Made by a program: the position numbers and the translations under genes. Positions 10,016 through 18,700 of a DNA stretch of 64,000 nucleotides are shown here, piece by piece (positions within the stretch are counted from its first letter, which is position 1; each line of letters begins with the position of its first letter). The stretch spans positions 6,974 to 70,973 of the forward strand of contig JBEKLN010000013.1 in the NCBI GenBank assembly GCA_050010175.1. Reading direction: 5' to 3'. The DNA comes from Rhizomicrobium sp. (lineage in GTDB: Bacteria > Pseudomonadota > Alphaproteobacteria > Micropepsales > Micropepsaceae). The notes under the pieces are model-generated. The model was not told the origin of the DNA, did not search any database, and saw nothing but the letters and a program-made list of their open reading frames with translations.

Positions 10016-11830
10016 CTAACCCGCCGCGCGCCGCGCCGCGCTCTTGCGCTTCTCGGCCAGCGTCTGCGCGATGTCGGCGGCGATGCGCGAGGCGCCTTCG
10101 CCGTCGATGGTCATGAGGCCTGCCGCGCGCATTTCGCGGCGGCGGGCGGGGTTTGAAAGCAGTCCCCATACTGCGCGCGCAATCTCCTGCGGTTGGGCGC
10201 GTTCGGCAAGGCCCAGCGACAACCCCATGCCGGCCCGTTCGAAGGTCGAGGCCGATTCGGCGTGGTCTTCCGTCAGGCACAGATAAAGCGCCGGCACGCC
10301 GCAGGCGGCGAGTTCATAGGCGGTGACGCCGAACGATGCGAGCGCCAGATCGGAGCTCGCATATTCTGTTGCGAGATCGCTCGCGCCTTCGATGGTTTCG
10401 AAGTGCGGCGCCAGCGCGACGATGGCTTTCGCCAGCCGCGCGCCGTCGGCCATGCCCGGCCCGATGACGAAACGGGCGCGAAACACGGGATCGAGTTTGG
10501 CCAGCGCGCGCGCCGCGGTGAGCGTCAGTCCCAGCGGATCGCTGCCGCCCATGGCGACCAGCAATGACGGCCGCGGCAAGGGAACGCGCGACGGCGCAGC
10601 GACGCGCGAGAGTCCCAAGAGCGACCATTGCCAACCGATGCGCGGTTTGCATTTCGAGCCGGCCCATTCCATGCGCTCGGTCTGCGCCAGGGGCGGGTAG
10701 TAGGCGATGTCCGCGGCCAGCCGGAGATCCGAACCGTCGTCGACGACAGCGGCAACTGCAACCTTGCGCTTCATTGCCGCGAGCGCCTCGCGCGTCAGGC
10801 CGCCGCGCACGTCGCAGACCAGAACATCGGGCTTATGCGACGTGACTGCAGCGTCGAGTGCCGCAACCGGATCGTCGCCCAGCAACCGCGCTTCGAATCC
10901 CGCGGCTCTCGCCGGTTCAAGCGCATCCGCCGTTCCGTTGAGGCAAAAGATCGAGCCGATGCCCTCACAATCGCGCATGGCGCGCGCCAGCGCCACCATG
11001 CGCTTGACGTGACCATATCCAGACGATTCGCCGCCGTCGCAGCGGATCAGCGCCAGCGTGCCGTTCGATGCGATTGGCTTCTGTTTCACATGTCCATTGA
11101 GCCTGCGCAGCGCCGGCTCGCGGTCAAGCAGCAACAGGAGATCCGCGAGCGACGCTTCGCCCGCCCGTGCGGCCATGCGTTCATGAACCGCCTCGACGAA
11201 TGCCAGATCGTCGGGCGTATCGATGGTCAACCGTCCGCCTTTGCGCGCCAGCGGCGGATATTGTCCTGCGCGCGCAATGCGCACGAAGTCCGGGTGAAGC
11301 TTGAAATATCCGGTGACGTGTTCGCGCGCGACCGGATCCTCATGCGCGTCCATCATCAGCTTGTCCAAGGCGCGGCGTGTGAACGGATCCACTCCCTCAT
11401 GCGCCGTGACTGCGCCATCTTCCAGGAGAACGTAATCGCCGTCTTGCTCAAGCAAGGCCGTGATGAGATGGTCCACGAACGGCGCATCGATGAACGGCGC
11501 ATCCGAAGACACCCGCACGATGATGTCAGCGTCAAGCATTTCCGCCGCGCGCGCGAAGCGAGCGAGCACGTCCTCTTCCGGCCCGCGGATGACGACGACG
11601 CCGTTGTCCTTGCCCCACTCCACAATCGCATCGTCGCGCGGATGGGTGGATGTCGTGATGGCGATCTGCTCGATGAATTCCGATTGCTTCAGGCGATGGA
11701 CGATGTGCCACAAGAGCGGCTTGCCGGCGACGGGCTTCAGCACCTTGCCGGGCAGACGCGTGGAGCCCATGCGCGCCTGGATGACGGCGACGATGCGCAG
11801 GTGATCGCTCGGCTCGGGCGTGATCGTCAT
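10016..11830 (-). CDS. Fusion of SpsF/PseF-type cytidylyltransferase and SpsG/PseG-type UDP-sugar hydrolase (GT-B fold), 604 aa
   Basis: IQARMGSTRLPGKVL...RLTIDTPDD at the N-terminus; RCDGGESSGYGHVKR...LVAMGGSD at the C-terminus; ATG overlaps the pseI stop. Confidence 0.88.
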   Translation of the reverse strand: MTITPEPSDHLRIVAVIQARMGSTRLPGKVLKPVAGKPLLWHIVHRLKQSEFIEQIAITTSTHPRDDAIVEWGKDNGVVVIRGPEEDVLARFARAAEMLDADIIVRVSSDAPFIDAPFVDHLITALLEQDGDYVLLEDGAVTAHEGVDPFTRRALDKLMMDAHEDPVAREHVTGYFKLHPDFVRIARAGQYPPLARKGGRLTIDTPDDLAFVEAVHERMAARAGEASLADLLLLLDREPALRRLNGHVKQKPIASNGTLALIRCDGGESSGYGHVKRMVALARAMRDCEGIGSIFCLNGTADALEPARAAGFEARLLGDDPVAALDAAVTSHKPDVLVCDVRGGLTREALAAMKRKVAVAAVVDDGSDLRLAADIAYYPPLAQTERMEWAGSKCKPRIGWQWSLLGLSRVAAPSRVPLPRPSLLVAMGGSDPLGLTLTAARALAKLDPVFRARFVIGPGMADGARLAKAIVALAPHFETIEGASDLATEYASSDLALASFGVTAYELAACGVPALYLCLTEDHAESASTFERAGMGLSLGLAERAQPQEIARAVWGLLSNPARRREMRAAGLMTIDGEGASRIAADIAQTLAEKRKSAARRAAG

Positions 11831-12720
11831 GCGGCGGGTTTCCACACCGAACGCACATGGCGCAGCGGCCGCATGCCGTCGACTGGATCGGCGCGCCATT
11901 CGCGGTCTTCGATCTCGCAAGCTTGCGGCCCCTTGAAGCCATTGCCGTCGGCCTGCTCCGACTCGCGGATGCGCGCGATGACCGGCGCGATCTCGTCCGG
12001 CAGCCAGCAATGGCCGGCAGCATATTCCGCACCCTTTCCGTCGAGATCGAGATGGAATTCCACTGCGGCGGCATTCCAGTGATGTACGGCGCGTTCGATC
12101 ACCGACGCCTTGCGGGTGTGATCTGACCAACCCACGGGGCAGCCTGTCGCCTCGCGGATGGTGGCAATCGCAGAGAGATTGGCTTCGCCGGGCGGCGTCG
12201 GATACGCAGACACGCAATGCAGCAGCGTGATATCGCTTGCGCCTGCGGTTTGCAGCGTCGCTGCGGCCTGTTTGATTTCGTCGAGAGTCGCCATGCCGGT
12301 GGACAGCACGACGGGCTTGCCGCTTTTGGCGCAGGCGTCGAGCAACGGCGTTACGAGAAGTTCGTAGGACGCGACCTTGTAGAAATCGACGTGAGGCGCC
12401 AGCTCGTCGACCGCGGCGGCATAAAACGGCGTACACGAGAACCGAATGCCGCGCGCGCGGCAGCGCTCGGCCAATGGCGCCAGATGCGCGACCGGCAATT
12501 CCCACTCGCGGCGCGCCCGATGCTTGGCGCTCTGCGCCAGGATTTCCGGGGCAAACATGCGGTCGATCTTGAACAGCTGGAATTTTACCGCGTCGCCGCC
12601 GCAATCCGCTGCGGCGTCCACAAAGGCGAGCGCGCGGCCGAGATCGCGGCCGTGATTGGACGATGCTTCGGCGATGAAGAGAGGTCGCACGCGCGCGAAT
12701 CCCTTTTGACCCTTAACCAT
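11827..12720 (-). CDS. pseI: NeuB/PseI-family nonulosonate synthase lacking the C-terminal SAF/AFP-like domain
   Basis: IAEASSNHG, AVKFQ, YKVASYE, LSTGMA, LLHCVSAYP, GWSDHT; only 297 aa; start codon uncertain. Confidence 0.88.
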   Translation of the reverse strand: MVKGQKGFARVRPLFIAEASSNHGRDLGRALAFVDAAADCGGDAVKFQLFKIDRMFAPEILAQSAKHRARREWELPVAHLAPLAERCRARGIRFSCTPFYAAAVDELAPHVDFYKVASYELLVTPLLDACAKSGKPVVLSTGMATLDEIKQAAATLQTAGASDITLLHCVSAYPTPPGEANLSAIATIREATGCPVGWSDHTRKASVIERAVHHWNAAAVEFHLDLDGKGAEYAAGHCWLPDEIAPVIARIRESEQADGNGFKGPQACEIEDREWRADPVDGMRPLRHVRSVWKPAA

Positions 12721-12753
12721 TTCTAAAGCTCATTTGGCTAAGAGTTGGTTAAC
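12713..12753. promoter_or_regulatory. CtrA-like boxes at the divergent pseI / sulfotransferase promoter
   Basis: TTAA-CCATTTC-TAAA (12713-12727) and CTAA-GAGTTGG-TTAAC (12738-12753). Confidence 0.65.
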
Positions 12754-12792
12754 ACACGGCCGGCAGCCGCCCGTTTTGTAAAGAATCGACGC

Positions 12793-13629
12793 GTGAGTTC
12801 GACCACCAGGCCCTTTTTCATCGTGTCCAGCGGCCGTTCGGGCACGGCGATGCTTCACAAGGTTCTGTCCGCGGAACCCACCGTAGAGATGCACCATGAA
12901 TACATGGTGCACATCGTCCAGCCGCTGGCCGTGAAGCGCTATATGGGCTGGATCGGTTCACCGGATGCCGCGCGGGTTCTCGGCGAAACCCACTGCGCCG
13001 CCATTCGCTACAGCGACAAAACATTCTGGGGCGATTCGTCCAACAAGCTGTCCTGGCTCATTCCGGAACTGTCCGCATTGCTGCCGGATGCGAAATTCGT
13101 TCATCTCGTGCGCGACGGCCGGAAAGTGGCGAGTTCCTATTTCCACAAGCTCGGCCAGGAGTGTTACGACGACCGCTCCACGGCGACTCTTGCCACCTAT
13201 GCGCGCCATCGGGAGAAAATCCCCGCGCCGCCGCCTGAAAAGAAATACTGGTGGCCGCTTGGCCGGCCCGGCGATTCAGGCGCCGCAAGATTTGAGGATT
13301 TCAACCAGTTCGAGCGCATTGCGTGGCACTGGGCGGAGATCAACCGCGTCATCCTTGACGCGGTTCAACCACTACCGGAACACCGCAAGACTTTCGTCCG
13401 CCTCGAAGATCTTGAATCCGACGCGGCCAGCGTGCGGCATCTGTTTGAGTTTCTCGGCCTCGGATACCGCAACGAACACGCCCAGATGTTTGCCCGTCCG
13501 CACAACATCAACCGCCCTGAAGACCGGCTTCTCGATCCGGATCAGACCCAACGATTCGAGCGAATCGCGTCGCCTATGATGAGGGCACTGGGCTATGCGG
13601 GAAAACCGGAATACGTAGTGAATTATTAA
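12793..13629 (+). CDS. PAPS-dependent sulfotransferase family protein
   Basis: FFIVSSGRSGTAML (5'-PSB loop), FVHLVRDGRKVASS (3'-PB motif), VRLEDL; GTG start inferred. Confidence 0.85.
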   Translation: MSSTTRPFFIVSSGRSGTAMLHKVLSAEPTVEMHHEYMVHIVQPLAVKRYMGWIGSPDAARVLGETHCAAIRYSDKTFWGDSSNKLSWLIPELSALLPDAKFVHLVRDGRKVASSYFHKLGQECYDDRSTATLATYARHREKIPAPPPEKKYWWPLGRPGDSGAARFEDFNQFERIAWHWAEINRVILDAVQPLPEHRKTFVRLEDLESDAASVRHLFEFLGLGYRNEHAQMFARPHNINRPEDRLLDPDQTQRFERIASPMMRALGYAGKPEYVVNY

Positions 13630-13676
13630 CGCCGTTCGGGGAAGGATGGTTAGCGGAAGGTTCCCGAGGGGCTCTC

Positions 13677-14849
13677 ATGTACGCAGTTTGCGAACTTTGT
13701 CGCCGCGAGCATCTAACGCGGGTGTACGAGCCGGACGCGTCGAAGCGTGGATTGAAAGTTTACGCGTGCACGCATTGCGGACTTGTTCAAAGCCTGCCGC
13801 GCATCGATCGGGCCCCGCGCGCGCCGGCTGCCGTTTCCGGCGGTTCAGATTGGGGAAACGTCCGCTATGGCAAGGCGTTCCGGACGAACGTGGTGCTCTC
13901 GCTGCTCGACCGGCACGCCAATCTGTCAGGCGAATTGTCCGTTCTCGACGTCGGTTCCAATCGCGGCAGCTTCGTAAAGGCCTTTCTCGATATTGCGGAT
14001 CTTGCCTGCGTCGTGGCCGTCGAGCCGGACGAACGGGTTGCTTCGGCATGTGGCGGACTTGATCGTGTCGAGCTGATCAATGACCGCATCGAGAATGTTG
14101 CGCTGGAAACGGCGCGGTTCGATATCGTCCATTCCTGCCACACCATTGAACATCTCGCCGATCCCGCCCGCGTTCTTGCCGATCACTGGCGCGTGCTGAA
14201 ACCGGGAGGCCTGCTCATCCTGGATGCGCCCAACATCGCGTTTCTGGCAGCGAACGATATCGTCGAGGAATGGTTTATCGACAAGCATCTCTATCACTTC
14301 TCGGCGCGCACGCTGATGCGGTTGGTGGAAGCCGCCGGGTTCGAAGTGATCGTGGCGCCGGATATCGCCGACCGCGAAAACCTGCTCCTCATTGCACGGA
14401 AATCCTACACCGCGCATCGCGCCGTTGATGCAGATCCCCGTGAAGTCGCCTCGAGCGAGGAGCTGATCGCACAGTATGTCGTGAGCAGAGCGCGGAATCT
14501 CGCCGCGCTGACGTTCGTGGCGGCCGAAATCGCCGCGATGCGGCCGAAGCGTGTCGCCATCTGGGGCGCGGGGCGGATTTTCGATTCGCTTGTGACGCAC
14601 GGCGGTCTGGCGGCAGCTTCTCTGACACTGCTCGTCGACGCGCATCTGAAGGCGCATGTGCCCGATCGCTTCGGCTGTCCGCTCAAGGGGCCGGAAGATT
14701 TGAACACTGCCAAGCCGGACGTCGTCATCGTGATGTCGCGGGCCTTCGCAGATGAAATCTCCCGCGAGGCGCGCCGTCTCGTGCCCGGCGCCGAAATCAT
14801 TCTCTACACGGATTTGTTGGCGCGCGTGCGCCACAAAAAGGCAGCGTGA
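13677..14849 (+). CDS. Class I SAM methyltransferase with N-terminal Zn-binding Cys motif (sugar C-/O-methyltransferase-like)
   Basis: CELC...CTHC, VLDVGSNRG, HTIEHL, C-terminal VAIWGAG Rossmann-like domain. Confidence 0.85.
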   Translation: MYAVCELCRREHLTRVYEPDASKRGLKVYACTHCGLVQSLPRIDRAPRAPAAVSGGSDWGNVRYGKAFRTNVVLSLLDRHANLSGELSVLDVGSNRGSFVKAFLDIADLACVVAVEPDERVASACGGLDRVELINDRIENVALETARFDIVHSCHTIEHLADPARVLADHWRVLKPGGLLILDAPNIAFLAANDIVEEWFIDKHLYHFSARTLMRLVEAAGFEVIVAPDIADRENLLLIARKSYTAHRAVDADPREVASSEELIAQYVVSRARNLAALTFVAAEIAAMRPKRVAIWGAGRIFDSLVTHGGLAAASLTLLVDAHLKAHVPDRFGCPLKGPEDLNTAKPDVVIVMSRAFADEISREARRLVPGAEIILYTDLLARVRHKKAA

Positions 14850-14855
14850 CGCATC

Positions 14856-15767
14856 ATGGCATTGGCTCTTGCAAAATCCATCGGACCCGGAACGACTCTT
14901 TCTGCCCGCGGATTGCCGGAACAAATCGCCGAAGCGGCAAAATTCGTGCGCCAGCATGCGATTGCCGCCATCTATCATGCGGGCTCCGGACATCCGGGCG
15001 GCGCCCTTTCCTGCGCCGATATTCTCGCCTGCCTTTACGGCGCAGAACTGAACATCTGGCCGTCGGCCGTCGATGATCCGAACCGCGACCGCTTCGTCCT
15101 CTCCAAGGGACATGCCGCACCGGCACTCTATGCCGTGGGCGCGCATTACGGCTTCTGCGATGCAAAGGCAGCGCTCAATCTGCGCAAACCGGGAAGTCTG
15201 TTTCAGGGCCATCCGCACGTGCTCGACCTCCCCTTCGTCGAAACCAGCACCGGCTCGCTCGGACAGGGATTTTCGGTTGCGCTTGGCATGGCGATGGGTT
15301 TGCGGATGCAGAAGAGCGGCGCGCGCGTTTACGCGCTGCTTGGCGACGGCGAACTGCAGGAGGGTGAAGTCTGGGAAGCCGCGATGTGCGCGGCCCATCA
15401 TAAGCTCGATAACCTGTGCGCCATCGTCGACTATAACAAATTGCAGAGCGACGCGCGCAACGATGCGATCATGCGCTTGGAACCACTCACCGCCAAATGG
15501 CGCGCGTTCGACTGGGCCGTCGCCGAGATCGACGGACACGACATCGGACAAATTTTGTCGGGACTGCGCCGCGCGGGTGCAACGGTCGGCCGTCCGTCGA
15601 TTCTGATCGCGCACACGGTCAAGGGCAAAGGCGTTCCGACCATGGAAGACGTGCCGCAGTGGCACGGCAGCGTGAAGCTGACGCGCGCGCAGGCCGAAGA
15701 TGCCCTTGCGGCCCTTCATGCCACGCCAATGGAAATCAAGGATTTACTCGATGTCGACGCCGCCTGA
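14856..15767 (+). CDS. Transketolase N-terminal (TPP-binding) subunit
   Basis: GHPGGALS, DRFVLSKGHA, STGSLGQG, GDGELQEG, HTVKGKG. Confidence 0.93.
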   Translation: MALALAKSIGPGTTLSARGLPEQIAEAAKFVRQHAIAAIYHAGSGHPGGALSCADILACLYGAELNIWPSAVDDPNRDRFVLSKGHAAPALYAVGAHYGFCDAKAALNLRKPGSLFQGHPHVLDLPFVETSTGSLGQGFSVALGMAMGLRMQKSGARVYALLGDGELQEGEVWEAAMCAAHHKLDNLCAIVDYNKLQSDARNDAIMRLEPLTAKWRAFDWAVAEIDGHDIGQILSGLRRAGATVGRPSILIAHTVKGKGVPTMEDVPQWHGSVKLTRAQAEDALAALHATPMEIKDLLDVDAA

Positions 15768-16725
15768 CGCACCATCACTGATCGGCACCAGCGGCGATTC
15801 GCTGCGCGAAGCGTTCGGTAAGGCGCTTTCATCCCTGGCCGACGAGTTTCCCAGGCTTGTCGTGCTTGACGCCGATATTGCCGGTGGAACGGGTGTGCAT
15901 CATTTCCGCAAGAACCATCCCTCGCGCTTTCTTCAGTTCGGTATTGCCGAACAGAATATGATGGCCGCGGCCGGCGGTCTCGCCGCTACCGGGCTGCTTC
16001 CGGTCGTGACGACATTTGCCGTGTTCTGCCTCAGAGCAGTGGAGCAGGCACGGCTTTCAATTGCCTATTGCCGGCGCAACGCGAAGATCGTCGCCAGCCA
16101 TCCCGGACTGGACGTCGGCCCCGATGGCGGCTCAGCGCAGGCGTTGGAAGATATCGCCGCGTTCCGAGCCATTCCCGGCATGACGGTTATCTCGCCGGCC
16201 GATCCCATCGAGACCGCACTCGCGACACGTGCGATCCTGGAATTCGACGGACCTGTTTATATGCGTACCGGCCGCAGCCCCACGACGCGCATCTTCGGCG
16301 ACGCTCATAAGTTCGAAATCGGCAAAGGGCAGATCGTGCGCGACGGCTGCGATCTGACGATCATCGCCTGCGGCGTGGAAGTTGCGCGCGCCCTCGAAGC
16401 GGCGGAGATGCTGCAATCCGATCAGATTTCGGCCCGTGTCGTGAACATGGCGACGATCAAGCCGATCGACCGCGATCTGATCACGCGATGCGCCAAGGAA
16501 ACCGGTGCCATCGTGACGGCCGAAGACCACAACATTTACGGCGGTCTCGGAGGCGCGGTCGCGGAATCCCTTGTGCAGACGCGCCCATGTCCGATGGAAT
16601 TTGTCGGTGTGAAGGATATCTTCGGCGCATCCGGGGAGCCGCAGGAGCTCGCGGCGCTGTTCGGATTGAACGCGGCGCACATTGTCCAGGCGGCCAGACG
16701 GGTCCTGAAGCGGAAGAGCCATTGA
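15751..16725 (+). CDS. Transketolase C-terminal subunit
   Basis: LREAFGKAL, GIAEQNMM, DGGSAQ, VYMRTGR, EDHNIYGGLG. Confidence 0.93.
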   Translation: MSTPPDAPSLIGTSGDSLREAFGKALSSLADEFPRLVVLDADIAGGTGVHHFRKNHPSRFLQFGIAEQNMMAAAGGLAATGLLPVVTTFAVFCLRAVEQARLSIAYCRRNAKIVASHPGLDVGPDGGSAQALEDIAAFRAIPGMTVISPADPIETALATRAILEFDGPVYMRTGRSPTTRIFGDAHKFEIGKGQIVRDGCDLTIIACGVEVARALEAAEMLQSDQISARVVNMATIKPIDRDLITRCAKETGAIVTAEDHNIYGGLGGAVAESLVQTRPCPMEFVGVKDIFGASGEPQELAALFGLNAAHIVQAARRVLKRKSH

Positions 16726-16727
16726 AC

Positions 16728-17483
16728 ATGCAGCGATTTTCGCTTGCCGGCCGCACGGCCGTCGTCACCGGCGGCAGCCGCGGCATCGGCCGCGCGATTG
16801 CGATCGGTCTGGCGGAAGCGGGAGCCGACGTCGCGTTCACCTATCGCGATCGCGAAAAGGATGCAGCCGGCGTTTCCAAGCAGATCGAGGCTCTGGGCCG
16901 CCGCGCGCTTGCACTGAAGATGGATGTGACCGACCGTGGCAGCGTGGAGGCCGCGGCCCGGGATGCGCATGCAAAGCTCGGCGCGATCTCCATTCTCGTC
17001 AACAATGCCGGCGTCAACCGGCCGACGGATTTCGACAAGATCGAGGACGCCGACTGGGATTTCGTTCTCGATACGAATCTGAAGGGGCCGTTCGTCTGCG
17101 CCCAGGTTTTTCTGCCGCTGCTGGCGCAATCGGGCCACGGCAGCATCATTCACGTCGGCTCTGTCAGCGGCCAATATGGCGGGCCACGCACGGCGCATTA
17201 TGCGGCGTCGAAAGCCGGTCTCATTTCGCTCGGTCAGGTGATCGCGCGTTTCACCGCGCCGCAGGGCGTGCGGTCGAACACGATCGCCGCCGGTCTGATC
17301 GCTTCCGACATGGCCGAAGCGGCGCTGTCGTCGCCGGCAGTGCAGAAGGCGTCGGAGAACATCCTTCTCAAACGCTTCGGCTCGACACGCGAGGTGGCGG
17401 ATACCGTGGTTTTCCTGGCGAGTGACGCGGCGTCCTACATCACGGCGCAGACCATCAATGTGAACGGCGGACTTTATTTCTGA
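16728..17483 (+). CDS. SDR-family oxidoreductase (FabG-like)
   Basis: TGGSRGIG, NNAG, YAASK. Confidence 0.92.
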   Translation: MQRFSLAGRTAVVTGGSRGIGRAIAIGLAEAGADVAFTYRDREKDAAGVSKQIEALGRRALALKMDVTDRGSVEAAARDAHAKLGAISILVNNAGVNRPTDFDKIEDADWDFVLDTNLKGPFVCAQVFLPLLAQSGHGSIIHVGSVSGQYGGPRTAHYAASKAGLISLGQVIARFTAPQGVRSNTIAAGLIASDMAEAALSSPAVQKASENILLKRFGSTREVADTVVFLASDAASYITAQTINVNGGLYF

Positions 17484-18700
17484 TGGGCAAGACGCTGCTG
17501 ATCGTTTCCGGCGGAATCGAAGCGGCGGCTGCAGCGCGGCGGGCGAAGGAGCTTGGGCACTACGTCATCGTATCCGATCGCGATCCCGAAGCGCCGGGCT
17601 TTGAATTCTCCGATTCCCGCCTCATCGCCGATGTCTACGGCGCGACCGAAACAGCCGCTGCGGCCGAGCGTTTCAGCCGCAAGATCCGCAAGATCGACGG
17701 CGTGCTCTGTGTCGCGGCCGACGCCCCGATGACGGTTGCCGCCGTTGCAGCAAAATTGGGAATTCCCGGCCTGTCGAGCGAAAGCGCGCGGCTCGCCTCC
17801 GACAAACTCGCCATGAAGGAACGCTTCCGCGACGCGGGCGTGCCTATTCCGTGGTTCTCCATCGTCGATACGCCGCAGGCACTGGGGCGCGTCGCGGTGG
17901 AGCGCGGCAGCGATCTCGTCGTCAAGCCGGCCGACAGCCGGGGTAGCCGTGGCGTGCAGCGCATTGCCCGCGTGAAGGATCTGAATGCCGCGTTCGCGCT
18001 GGCGCAATCGCACTCGCCGACCCAGCGCGTGATGGTCGAGCAGTATCTTTCGGGGCCGCAGGTCTCCACCGAATCCGTGATCGTCAACCGCCGCTGCTTC
18101 ACGCCGGGGATGTCCGACCGCAACTACGAATTTCTCGAGCGCTACGCGCCGTTCTTCGTGGAGAATGGCGGCGATCTCCCCAGCGCGCTCGGCTTCGACG
18201 TGCAGGAGAAGGTCAAGGCCGTGGTGGCGAAGGCCGCCGCTGCGCTCGGTATCGTCAATGGCACGGTCAAGGGCGACATCGTCGTTCACGACAACGAAGC
18301 GTATGTCATCGAGATGGCGGCGCGGCTGTCGGGCGGATTTTTCTGCACGCGCGAAATTCCCCTGTCGTCGGGCGTCGATTTTATCGGCGCAGCCATCAAG
18401 GTTGCGCTGGGCGAAACGCCGGCGCCGGAAGAACTGGAGCCGCGCCAGTCCGTGGCGGTCATCCAACGCTATGCATTCCCAACCCCTGGCAAGATCGTCT
18501 CCATCCGGGGCGACGACGACGCGCGCGCCATGCCGGGCATCGCCGATGTGGTGGTGACGGCGAAGAGCGGCGACATCATCCCGCCCGCGGGCGACAAGCG
18601 GCCGTCCGCCGCGATGGTGCTGGCGACCGGCGACACGCGTGACGCGGCGCTTGCCAATGCGAACGCGGCGCTCGCCAGACTGCGCATCGAGACCGTATGA
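17483..18700 (+). CDS. ATP-grasp ligase (amide-forming, L-amino-acid-ligase-like)
   Basis: DKLAMKERF, VVKPADSRGSRGV, MVEQYLSG, IEMAARLSG. Confidence 0.88.
   Translation: MGKTLLIVSGGIEAAAAARRAKELGHYVIVSDRDPEAPGFEFSDSRLIADVYGATETAAAAERFSRKIRKIDGVLCVAADAPMTVAAVAAKLGIPGLSSESARLASDKLAMKERFRDAGVPIPWFSIVDTPQALGRVAVERGSDLVVKPADSRGSRGVQRIARVKDLNAAFALAQSHSPTQRVMVEQYLSGPQVSTESVIVNRRCFTPGMSDRNYEFLERYAPFFVENGGDLPSALGFDVQEKVKAVVAKAAAALGIVNGTVKGDIVVHDNEAYVIEMAARLSGGFFCTREIPLSSGVDFIGAAIKVALGETPAPEELEPRQSVAVIQRYAFPTPGKIVSIRGDDDARAMPGIADVVVTAKSGDIIPPAGDKRPSAAMVLATGDTRDAALANANAALARLRIETV

Noticed and set aside
11831-12604. 258-aa N-terminal extension of the 862-aa ORF
   Set aside because: Lies in an alternative frame over pseI; the real protein starts at the ATG coupled to the pseI stop
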